NCBI RefSeq assembly: GCF_006345805.1
Contig: NC_043003.1
Span: 1,550,001-1,614,000, forward strand
Length of the DNA: 64,000 nt
Direction of reading: 5' to 3'
DNA from: Octopus sinensis
Taxonomy: Eukaryota
Below the pieces are notes generated by a model. That model made no database searches. It saw only the letters and a list, made by a program, of their open reading frames with translations, and was not told the DNA's origin. Positions 50,406 through 61,364 of the stretch are shown here, piece by piece (within the stretch, counting starts at the first letter, position 1; every line of letters begins with the position of its first letter). Made by a program: the position numbers and the translations under genes.

Positions 50406-51133
50406 AGAATTTGTACGTATGTATTCATATGTGTATATATATGTGCTTGAGAAGACCCGTCGAGCCAAGTGAAATCGTAGGCACATGGAAAGCTCCTTTT
50501 GAGCTTTGGGCCTCACAGAGGCAATGACCAAAGCCATTGGCATTGTGTCATGCTTGAGAAGAAAACCCATCAAGGTGAGTAAAATCACGGTTGTAGCAGA
50601 TACCAGTGTCATTCTCGGAGTGGTTGGCATTAGGAAGTGCATCCAGCTATAGAAAACCATGCCAAATCAGACAGGGGTCTGGTGCAGCCTTCCAGCTTGC
50701 CAGCTCTGGTCAAACCATCCAACTCATGCCAGCATGGACAACAGACATTAAATGATGATGATGTGTGTGTGTCAGTGTGTACCCTTGTTACATTACACAA
50801 TAGTTGTCAATGAGGACCGTTGTCATAAAAGCCGGGTTATTCATTTCAAGTCTTCTGTGAAAAACACGTCTGTCCATGGGGAAACCCTACCTTGCTAGGA
50901 AACAGGTAAGGGCTGGTGACAGGAAGAGCATCCAATGAGAAAACCTGCCTCGACAAATTCTGTCTGACCCATGCAAGCATGGAGAAGCAGTGTTAAATGT
51001 TGATCTATGTCTGTGTGTGATTTGATGGGATTGTGTCTGTGAGTCTTTGTGTATTTGGTGTAATTGTGTGTGTGTGTGTCTACTCCAGTTCTAGTTATCT
51101 TCACAAAGTATGATCTTGATAATTCCATTCCAG

Positions 51134-51206
51134 ATATCATGTGTGGACGAAAGGTCATGCTCCAACCAATTTTGCCAAATGGAGAACTGCCACTACACCA
51201 TACACT
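51134..51206 (+). CDS. LARGE1: LARGE coding exon 13
   Basis: [24 protein letters not shown]. Confidence 0.97.
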
Positions 51207-52402
51207 GTAAGTTGTGTCTTGCATTCACAAGGTTTCCAGAAACAGAAACATTTTACTCACTTCTAGACTTTCATCTTTTTATCCATGTCTTTCGCTTCCA
51301 AAGTGTTGTCATCGTTATCCCTGAAGTTTATTACCAGTGATCTATACTGGGGTGCACATTCCTTGCCAACGAATGAGTTTTAGGAATTTTTGCTCCTATA
51401 CAAAAAAAAGCTGAAACATAGAAGGCAGACATTCTCCAAATACAAGAATAAAAAGACGATAAGAATCTGCAAATACGGCCGTAAATCGTTTTAATCTTGA
51501 CACTGCATACAAATTACAATATTTGTGCAGAGAGAGAGAGAGATAAAGGCAGTTTGTGTGCGTTCGTATTCGTATAGATAAGAGGTGGTCATGTTTGACC
51601 GTTACATCACTTGGAATCGCAGCAGGAAGAAAATACGTCCAATCGCTTTGGTTGCGCCGTCCAAATGCTATAGATTTAATTCTCCCACAATGCAACACCA
51701 CGACGTGCACCATCCACTGGTCAATGGATGAGACAACTGGTTTCAAAGGAGGTAACTGTCTACAGATTCACTATTCACAACCATCCCCCTGACTCGTTCA
51801 CTGAGAAGCACGAAGCCAATCCCTGCAGGGTAGAAACGGTTATGGCTGTGTGGTTGAGGGGCTTGCTTTGCAACCCTACGGGGTTTGGGGATCAGTTCCT
51901 TGGGAAAGGGTTTTCTGTTATAGCCCGAGGCTAACCAAAGCCTTGTCAGGGAATTCAGTAGATGGAAACCCATTGTGTGTACCACCACTGGTTGATAACT
52001 GGTGTCAGTTTGTTTACATCCCCATAACTTAACAGTTTGGCATAAAGCCACTTCTCCCACCTACCTAGTCCAGGGAAATTTTCCCTTTCCTTGTTCTTTT
52101 CTGTCTCACAAGTTCCATGGCAAACTCACGAATGCCGGTGCCACATAAAACGCCCCAGTACACTCTGTAAAGAGTGGTTAGCATTAGGAAGGGCATCCAG
52201 CTGTAAAACCAAGCCAAGGCAAATGGACGTTAAGTAGTGGTGGTGGCAGCCCTTCTCCCCCCCTTCCTCCTCCTTCTCATCATCATCATCTTCATCCTCA
52301 CCTTGTTTGTTGTTAACACAACGTTTTGGCTGATATAGCCTCCAGCCATCTTCAGGTGTCGCAATATGTTTCATGCAGGAGCATCTTGTTGGTTTTTTGC
52401 AG

Positions 52403-52527
52403 ATTCAGTGGGAGTCTGACTTTGAACCCTACATCGTAGTTGCTGCCAATGTACCTGTCTATGATCAACGATTCCTTGGTTTTGGATGGAATAAAGTTTC
52501 CCACATTATGGAATTGGATGCCAAGGG
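52403..52527 (+). CDS. LARGE1: LARGE coding exon 14
   Basis: [41 protein letters not shown]. Confidence 0.97.
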
Positions 52528-53029
52528 GTAGGGCTTCTTTTTTTTTTATTTCAATTTACTTGTGTGTGTGTGTGTGTTTTATGATTATTCTGTTTTCAGT
52601 GAATGGAATGAAACCCCTGAGAGTTAACGTTATTATTACTACTATTAGTAATAATAATAATAACGAGCGCTCAGAGAGTGCAAACCTCCACCAAGAGGCA
52701 ACAAGAACATCCTCTCAACGATTGGCCAGAGAGGATTTTTAAAATGAGAATATCGGAAATAAACTCGACTGCTCTCCCAAACAAGAATGCAACCACTTAA
52801 AAAACAGGAAAGATAATCCAGAATCCTTGTCCAGTAATGGATCAATCCTAAAATCTAATCAGTTTGTGCTAGTCACGGGGCCAAATATCCCTAAAATTTT
52901 CATCATAATCCATCCAGTGGTTTTTGAGATATCTTGTCCGTGGACAAACAAACAAACACGACTGAAAATAATACCTCCACCTTCGCTAAGACGGAGGTAA
53001 TAATAATAATAATGCCAAAATTTGAAACC

Positions 53030-53033
53030 ATTA

Positions 53034-53082
<49 letters not shown>

Positions 53083-53095
53083 CATTATTATTATT
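53030..53095. repeat. (ATT)n microsatellite
   Basis: Near-perfect ATT run. Confidence 0.95.
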
Positions 53096-53467
53096 GAGTG
53101 AGAGAGCAGTGCATGCTGTCCAAGTGAAAGTTGTTAAAAAATTGTTAAAATAATTTGTATAACTGCTTTAATGCAGATAAATTTTAACAGCAAAATCTTA
53201 TGTGGGTCCCCAAAGGTCATGTAGACCTGGGTCAAGAACCACTGCTTTACCCAGTGATTCAAGCCATATTGCTCTGATCTCACCAGCTTTGGAGGTACTG
53301 TGATGGTCCTTGGCTCAACCACTTTGAAAAGAATATCTAATCATTTAGCCTAAGTCCATCTCAATCTGTTTTGATGCTATGCTGGACACGGTGACAATAT
53401 TCATGGTTATAACGAGAACCATTTGTTTATTTAAATCTAATCGTATTTTCTTTTTCTTTTTCGCCAG

Positions 53468-53566
53468 GTATGAATTAATCGTCCTGCCAAATGCTTTCAT
53501 GATCCACATGCCTCATGCTCCTAGTTTTGATATTGCCAAATTCCGTTCTAGTTCAACATATCGTAG
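53468..53566 (+). CDS. LARGE1: LARGE coding exon 15
   Basis: [32 protein letters not shown]. Confidence 0.97.
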
Positions 53567-53692
53567 GTAAGACAACTAATTTCAAATCTTTGTAATTGCT
53601 AGAAATGAACAGGTTCTTATACTGTTTGTCCATTTTGTTACCCTCTAACTGAATTGTTTTTAATATCCATACCTATATCTAAGAAGGAACAA

Positions 53693-53693
<1 letters not shown>

Positions 53694-53769
<76 letters not shown>

Positions 53770-53770
53770 T
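53694..53770. repeat. (CT)n(CA)n compound microsatellite
   Basis: Direct reading. Confidence 0.95.
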
Positions 53771-54289
53771 TCCATCAGGAAACCACTGTGTAATCATTTA
53801 TTTCCTTATTTAGGCCCTTCCCTTTCATATGGAGTATAGGCCATCCACAACTTCTCTCTATTCTCAATTCTGGACCGTCTTTCCCTCTCTCGGGTCTTGG
53901 TAGTTTCAAATCATCATTGATGCTTTTGTAGCTTTGCTTTTTTTCTACATTGGGATGTTGGCCCTACGCGAATCCATTTTTACTTCTAGGAAGAGGTCAT
54001 CCATTTTAGCCTAGCCTCTGTCCGCTGATCTGTCCAGCATGGGAGGCCCTATCAAGGGCTTGCACCCCATGGGCATATCTCTCCAGATCTTTGAGGCACT
54101 TGAGCCACCACATGGCAAGAAAGACTGGACCTTGTGGTGGATATGATCATTTGGTCTACTCAAAATAACAACCAACTTGCCCTCAAATTACAACAATCTA
54201 AATATAAAAGAGAAAGACATGTTTAATATACCACATTTGAACCAAAAAATGGATTGGTTTAGTTCCCTTATGATTTCCACACACTCTTT

Positions 54290-55297
54290 GGGGAGAAACT
54301 AGAAGTAGTTGGTAGTTTCTGCTACCTGGGTGACCAAGTTAGTAGCGGAGGTGGATGCTCAGAGAGTGTTACCACTAGAATAAGAATAGCCTGGACAAAG
54401 TTTAGGAAGCTTCTTCCCCTACTGGCGACAAAGGGTCTCTTGCTCAGAGTGAAAGGTAGATTGTACGACACATGTGTGCGAACTGCCATGCTTCACGGCA
54501 GTGAAACATGGGCTGTGACTATGGAGGACATGCGTAGGCTCAAAAGAAATGAAGCTAGCATGATCCGCTGGATGTGTAATGTCAGTGTCCATGCATGAGA
54601 GAGTGTAAGCGCCCTGAGAGAAATGTTGGACATAAGAAGCATTGGATGCAGCGTGGAGGAGAGACGATTGCGTTGGTATGGTCATGTACTACGGATGGAT
54701 GAGGAGGGATGTGTGAAGAAGTGCCACTCCCAAACTGTTGAAGGAATCCGGGGTAGAGGTAGACTCAGGAAGACATGAGACGAGGTGGTCAAGTATGACC
54801 TACATGCTTTGAGTCTCACACAGGCTATGACGAAAGACCGAGACCTCTAGAGATATGCTGTGACTTTGAAGACCCGACAAATGAAGTGAGTTCATGGCTT
54901 GCAGGACGGCCTGCTGTGCTAACCTTGGATCGTGGAGTGACCCGCTGTTCTTGAGGAGACTTATTGAGTCAAGTACATCAACATCAAAATAAAAATTCCA
55001 ATGGAAATTGTAGTTAAGACACCAGCGCCGCCTGACTGGCGTCCGTGTCGGTGACACATAAAAGCACCAACCGATCGTGGCCATTTGCCAGCTTGCTCTG
55101 GCACCTGTACCAGTGACATGTAAAAAAATACCCACTACACTCACTGAATGGTTGGCGTTAGGAAGGGCATCCAGCTGTAGAAACTCAGCCAAATCAGACT
55201 AGAGCCTTGTGCAGCCTCCATGGCTTCTAGACCCCAGTTGAACCATCCAACTCATGCTAGCGTGGAAAACGGACATTAAATGATGATGATGATGATG
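54290..55297 (+). mobile_element. 5'-truncated RTE LINE (ORF end with stops + 3' UTR + (GAT)n) in LARGE intron 15
   Basis: KLEVVGSFCYLGDQVSSGGGCSESVTTRIRIAWTKFRKLLPLL...RLRWYGHVLRMDEEGCVKK, continuing into the GAT-tailed UTR. Confidence 0.9.
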
Positions 55298-56247
55298 CCT
55301 CTTCTATCATACCCCTCATGTTCTGCCATTATCTCATCTCTTCTTTATCATCCCACTTGCCATCACATTCCCGAGTGTCTTGCTGATCCTTTTCTCCATC
55401 CATACACCTGTAGCTTCTAACAAACTTTTTAGTGTTGCTTCATATTTCATCTGACCAGCTCTCCTGCCACATTTCATTCTCAGCCCTTCATCTTACAACC
55501 GTTGTGCTTCAAAAGCTCCTCCCTTTCTCATCCAAATAACCATCAGCTGATGTTAACCTGCTCGATGTACAGTAATTATCTTATTATCCATCTTCCCTTC
55601 CAACTGAAATTCCTGATTGATCATGGCTCCACCTGTGTTCACCATCTACAACATACACCATTGCCCCGAACCTCTATCCGTCTGTTACTCTCCTCTTACG
55701 ATCTCACAAATTTACTTCCCTACCCACTCACCCTCTCCAATCCTCTGGGCCACTTCTCTTATATTCACCTTCCTGTATGTTGAGTTTATGCCCCAACTTC
55801 CCCATCTTCTCTACAGCAAGACACCTGTTTCTGTCTCTCTATCACACACTCTATCACCTCATCACCTGGCATAAAGCCACCTCTCTCAATACGCCACTCC
55901 CTTCACTTGGGAAGTTTTGTCATGCAACTTTCTTTGGTGACTTCCTTGTTGCTAGTGCCACATGAAAAAAAAGCACCTAATACATTCTGTAAAGTGGTTG
56001 GCATAAGGAAGGGCATCCAGCTGTAGAAATCACACTAAAGCAGACAGTGGCTTGGCCCAGTGGCTCTGGCCCCCGTCAGCTCCTGTCAAACCATCCAACT
56101 TATGCCAATTTGGAAGAAGGAATGTTAAACAATGATGATAATGGTCTGTTTCTCAGAATTGATATTGCAAATTAACAATTGTCTTTGTAATTAAATATAT
56201 TGATGATAAACAATGTTTTAATTAGATTTTTTCTTTTTTTTTTCCAG

Positions 56248-56335
56248 ATGTTTAAAAGTTTTAAAAGGAGAATTTCAAAGAGACTTGTACCGAAAATATG
56301 GCATAAAAGCATTGAAGTATTTGTCTGTAGAGTGA
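56248..56335 (+). CDS. LARGE1: LARGE coding exon 16 (stop TGA 56333-56335)
   Basis: CLKVLKGEFQRDLYRKYGIKALKYLSVE* vs human [25 protein letters not shown]. Confidence 0.96.
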
Positions 56336-57418
56336 AGAGGAATTGCTAGTTTTAGTGAAGCTGAATGGAGAGATAACAATAATAATAATACTAATAATTA
56401 TTATGATTATTATAACGACTGCGTACAAACAAGAAAAAAAAAAAAGAAACATCCAGTACAGCAATAATAATAATTATAATGATTTCGACAAGTGATTTTG
56501 TCCTTTGAGTGGACAGACAATATTAGAATGACCGTGATGTTGATACAAGAGAGGAGTAATGGACTAAGTACTTAGTTCCGTCCCTCTAATTTCCAGGCTC
56601 AACACTGACCGTCAAATCTGTATGGGTTACCTACAACAGATACCAGTAATTTACTGGGGTTTCATTCAATTGACTTACATCCCTCCTCCACCAATGGTTA
56701 GGCATTTCATCTCTAGTCACAAACAGAAGTCATTACTTTTATTTATTTATTTTAGTGAAATGGATTTTTAGTTGCCTTTTTTTTCTTTTTTTTTTTAAAC
56801 CATTTTCTGAATCAAAGAATCATTTTTTTTTGAAACATAACATGTGACCGACTGACTTTACACATGGAAAAAGCAAAAGAAAAGGAAGCACATTCGGCTT
56901 TTTGGAATGGTTGAATAATGATTTTGGTTTGATTGCTAAGTGATAATGATTTCAAGCATGGAATGGTAAACGAGAAATACATTGAAAGCCAAGAATTTTA
57001 AAAGAAAAAAATAATAATAATAATGAACCACTGATAGCTCTCTTAGACAAGTCTTTTTTTCCTCCTGCCAATCATGTACAGCTGCTGAAACTTAACCACC
57101 TCTATGATGGTGTTTGCTACTATTATTACTATTACTACTACTACTACTACTATGACTACTACTGCTGCTACTACTACTATTGCTACTATTATTCTTTTTG
57201 AAACGTAATCATTTATTTATTCATATCGCACCCCACCGACACTTCATAACAATCATTTTTATTAAAGGGAACAGGTTCATAATAATGATGATGATGATGA
57301 TGATGATGATGGAGAAAATTTCTTTTCTTCTTGTCACAGGAAATTAAATAATTTTATCATCAAAGGAAGACATTTTTTTTAAATATAATTTTTTCATTAA
57401 GAATTAAATTTAATTTTA

Positions 57419-57424
57419 AATAAA
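57419..57424 (+). terminator. Candidate LARGE polyadenylation signal AATAAA
   Basis: AATAAA ~1.1 kb after the stop, followed by a T/GT-rich tract; earlier ATTAAA variants also exist, so the site is unproven. Confidence 0.35.
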
Positions 57425-57836
57425 AACAAATTTGTTGCTGTTTTCTCTTTTCTTGTGTGAAGACGAATGGCAAGATGGCAGAATTGTTGGCATGACGGGC
57501 GAAATGTTTGGCAGGACTTCTGGTTTTATCTTCCCTTTTGGGAGTCAATAAAATAAGGACCAGTTTAGAACAGGGGTCATTGTATTCAACTAACCCCTCC
57601 TCATAGAATTTCAGGCTTTATGCCTTTAGTAGAAAGAACTGTGTGGTTGAAGATAACAAAGGTGACAGAGATACCAAAAGAAAAACATGGCACTCTGTCC
57701 ATTATGACCACAAGGGTTCCAGTTGTAGAATTAACATGCAAGTGGTTGAGCATTCCACAGACACCCTTAATGTAGTTCTTAGATTCAGCGTTACACAGAA
57801 TGTGACATAGCTGGCCTTCTGCATTACAGATCCCAA

Positions 57837-59075
57837 TGCCGGTGGCATGTAAAAAGCTCCATCCGATTGTGGTAGACGCCAGCTCCTCTGGCCCCTGTGC
57901 CGGTGGCATGTAAAAAGCTCCATCCGATTGTGGTAGATGCCAGCTCCTCTGGCCCCTGTGCCGGTGGCATGTAAAAAGCTCCATCCGATTGTGGTCGATG
58001 CCAGCTCCTCTGGCCCCTGTGCCGGTGGCATGTAAAAAGCTCCATCCGATTGTGGTCGATGCCAGCTCCTCTGGCCCCTGTGCCGGTGGCATGTAAAAAG
58101 CTCAATCCGATTGTGATCGATGCCAGCTCCTCTGGCCCCTCTGCCGGTGGCATGTAAAAAGCTCCATCCGATTGTGGTCGATGCCAGCTCCTCTGGCCCC
58201 TCTGCCGGTGGCATGTAAAAAGCTCCATCCGATTGTAGTCGATGCCAGCTCCTCTGGCCCCTCTGCCGGTGGCATGTAAAAAGCTCCATCCGATTGTGGT
58301 CGATGCCAGCTCCTCTGGCCCCTCTGCCGGTGGCATGTAAAAAGCTCCATCCGATTGTGGTCCATGCCAGCTCCTCTGGCCCCTCTGCCGGTGGCATGTA
58401 AAAAGCTCCATCCGATTGTGGTCAATGCCAGCTCCTCTGCCCCTCTGCCGGTGGCATGTAAAAAGCTCCATCCGATTGTAGTCGATGCCAGCTCCTCTGG
58501 CCCCTCTGCCGGTGGCATGTAAAAAGCTCCATCCGATTGTGGTCGATGCCAGCTCCTCTGGCCCCTCTGCCGGTGGCATGTAAAAAGCTCCATCCGATTG
58601 TGGTCCATGCCAGCTCCTCTGGCCCCTCTGCCGGTGGCATGTAAAAAGCTCCATCCGATTGTGGTCAATGCCAGCTCCTCTGGCCCCTCTGCCGGTGGCA
58701 TGTAAAAAGCTCCATCCGATTGTGGTCGATGCCAGTTCCTCTGGCCCCTCTGCCAGTGGCATGTAAAAAGCTCAATCCGATTGTGGTAGATGCCAGCTCC
58801 TCTGGCCCCTCTGCCGGTGGCATGTAAAAAGCTCCATCCGATTGTGGTAGATGCCAGCTCCTCTGGCCCCTGTGCTGGTGGCATGTAAAAAGCTCCATCC
58901 GATTGTGGTCAATGCCAGCTCCTCTGGCCCCTCTGCCGGTGGCATGTAAAAAGCTCCATCCGATTGTGGTCCATGCCAGCTCCTCTGGCCCCTCTGCCGG
59001 TGGCATGTAAAAAGCTCCATCCGATTGTGGTCAATGCCAGCTCCTCTGGCCCCTCTGCCGGTGGCATGTAAAAGG
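57837..59075 (+). repeat. 61-bp minisatellite, 20 full units + 1 partial, inside an RTE 3' UTR (tail continues to ~59243)
   Basis: Unit TGCCGGTGGCATGTAAAAAGCTCCATCCGATTGTGGTCGATGCCAGCTCCTCTGGCCCCTC; starts every 61 nt from 57837 (one 60-nt unit at 58386). Confidence 0.97.
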
Positions 59076-60006
59076 CATCCACTACACTCCCAGAATGGTT
59101 GGCATGAGGAAGGGTATCTAGCTGTAGAAACACTGCCAGATCAGATTGGGGCCTGGTGCAGCCTCTTGGCTTCCCAGACCCCAGTCAAACCGTCCAACCC
59201 ATGCCAGCATGGAAAACATGTTAAACGATGATGATGATGATGATGTACTACCCATTTTTGCTGGCTGGGTGGACTGGAACAATGTGAAATAAAGTGTCTT
59301 GCTCTAGGACACAGTGACAGGGGGCTCTGAAAGGGATCTCAAGAAGTAGCGTCACTGCCTTCCAGAGCTAGTTTTCACCACATTTCTTAAAAATCGTGGT
59401 AGAAGCCTTGGTCTCGGGACCACTCATGTCTAGAAACTGAGGTTGAGGGTAAGCAAGGGCCATGCTCCCCGTAGAAAATCCAGCTCCAAAAAAACCTCAT
59501 GATAGCAAAGGAGAAAGGGCACCAGCGCCAGCCCAAAGGTTGAGGTGGGCTGCACCTGCCTACCTCAGTTGCTATGGAATTGAGGTAGATCCAGCCACCC
59601 CCATTAACAGGGAGAAAACCCAGATTTAAAACGCTGGATTATGAACATTTGCAAGTTTGACTTTATTTGTAATACAATCAGCCAGTCAGATCTTACATAA
59701 GGCTACAGCATCATTAGTTCTAAAACCAACCCACATCTGGTTGCACAACAACGGCAGCTGCCTCGATATATTACTCTTGCTTTAACCTTTGCCAGTCTAA
59801 AACATTTTCATGAGTTCTTCCTAAACCCCCATGCTTCTTTTCAGATTTTTAGTGGGTCCTCGTTTCATACGTTTTGAGCAATATAAAGCTTTCTATACAT
59901 AAGTCCCAACTTACTCTTCTGGTTGAAAAAGAGATTGGGAATGTGTATCATATACGATGCAAAGAAACCAGGAAAATGTGTCCTGCATCAAAGAGTTAAG
60001 ATTAAT

Positions 60007-60391
60007 TTAACCATTTAGTGTTTAAACTGGGCATATCCACACTAGTGTAGCACTGGGCACCTTGGGTGGCACTTTTAAAGGGGGTACCACTTTTGGGTCT
60101 GCTGAGGGCAATATGTGTTTTTTGTGGAGTCCAAGGGTGACAAATGGAAGGGCCACCCCAGGTGGCACACACTCTAGCTATGCTAATGCATGTCCAGTCT
60201 AAATATTCCACCTGTTTTATCATCAAACTGGTCAAATATGGTCTTTCGTGGGTACCTTGCAGTGTCACTTTAAAAGTAAACAATCACATCATTGAAATCT
60301 CAAAGCCATGAAGTAATGCAGGATTAATTTAAAATGGTGTGAGTACATAAGCCTTAGATTTGACAGAATAATCTGAGTGCTAAAGGGTTAA
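60007..60391. mobile_element. piggyBac-like MITE (family 2) with a ~150-nt internal insertion
   Basis: TTAA-CCATTTAGTG ... GCTAAAGGG-TTAA; insert ~60040-60190 has degenerate CA(C/T)TAG(T/C)(G/A)TAGC ends. Confidence 0.65.
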
Positions 60392-60449
60392 ATCTCTTGA
60401 GTACTGGCAAGTGTATTCCATACGGAGAATATCTGATTCTCATCTATGA

Positions 60450-60493
<44 letters not shown>

Positions 60494-60589
60494 TAATCCA
60501 AACTAGAAAGCACAAAAAGACACAACAACGTGAGGACGTGGAACAAATATAGTATTATTGGACGCTCAGGAAAGAAAGAAAGAAGGAGG

Positions 60590-60624
60590 GTTTAACGTTT
60601 TGAGCGGAGCTCTTCGTCGGAAAC
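60590..60624 (-). ncRNA. Degenerate minimal hammerhead motif (U4C, G12A; probably inactive)
   Basis: GTTT-CCGACGA-A-GAGC tcc GCTC-AAAACGTT-AAAC. Confidence 0.5.
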
Positions 60625-60898
60625 ATAGGAGAAGGAAAGATCCAGAGAAGGGAAGACAGAGGGAAAACAATCGCCAACAGTACACACACGGTCATATAGG
60701 GAGTAAATCCAAACTTACAGGGAAAAATTAGATTTAGGATTAAATCTAATTTTACAGTATAAATTTATATATTAATATATTCTTATATTTCGGAATGGTC
60801 ATTTTGCCAGTTTAGCCAATAAAAACACACGCACTATATATTTGGTGTTATTTTGCTTCAGTGTTATTTATTTTTTACATTAATCTTAATCTTATTTC

Positions 60899-60943
60899 GG
60901 CCAGAGTTCTTTCGTCACACTCCTGTGACCGCATCAGTGGTCC
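60899..60943 (-). ncRNA. Hammerhead-like motif in the 3' pLTR (sense to the PLE ORF), core CTGATGC
   Basis: GGACCA-CTGATGC-G-GTCACA ggag TGTGAC-GAAAG AA CTC-TGGCC. Confidence 0.55.
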
Positions 60944-61364
60944 TTTGTTTTCTTCTTACTTATTTGTGTCTCTCCTTATTAACCATCAGCCATTTTGTAT
61001 TTCTATTGTATGTCTTCATTTGCGCATGCGTATATCTCTATGTGCGTCTATGTTTATTTAGTGTGTGTGTGGGGGGGGTGCCTGTAATATTTGTATCTTC
61101 TGTTTATATACGTTCGTGTAATTTATTTTTGTTGTTGTTGTTTATTCTTATTTTGTTCATGTGTTTATATCCACATATTATTATTATCATTACGTATGCT
61201 TGTATGTATGTATGTATAACAACAATACTAGTAATAATGATAATAATAATAATAATAATAATAATAAATTTTTAAAAACTTCTAAATTAAAAAAAAATTA
61301 TATAGTTATATTTCTATTTGTTTATTTATCTGTGTATTTATTATGTTTTCGGGATCCTCTACCG

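Noticed and set aside
57837-59075. CRISPR-like array
   Set aside because: Units are contiguous with no unique spacers, there are no cas genes, and the context is eukaryotic
57601-59133. Long minus-strand ORFs of 163-312 aa
   Set aside because: Translations of the 61-bp tandem repeat, with the same peptide cycling through all three frames
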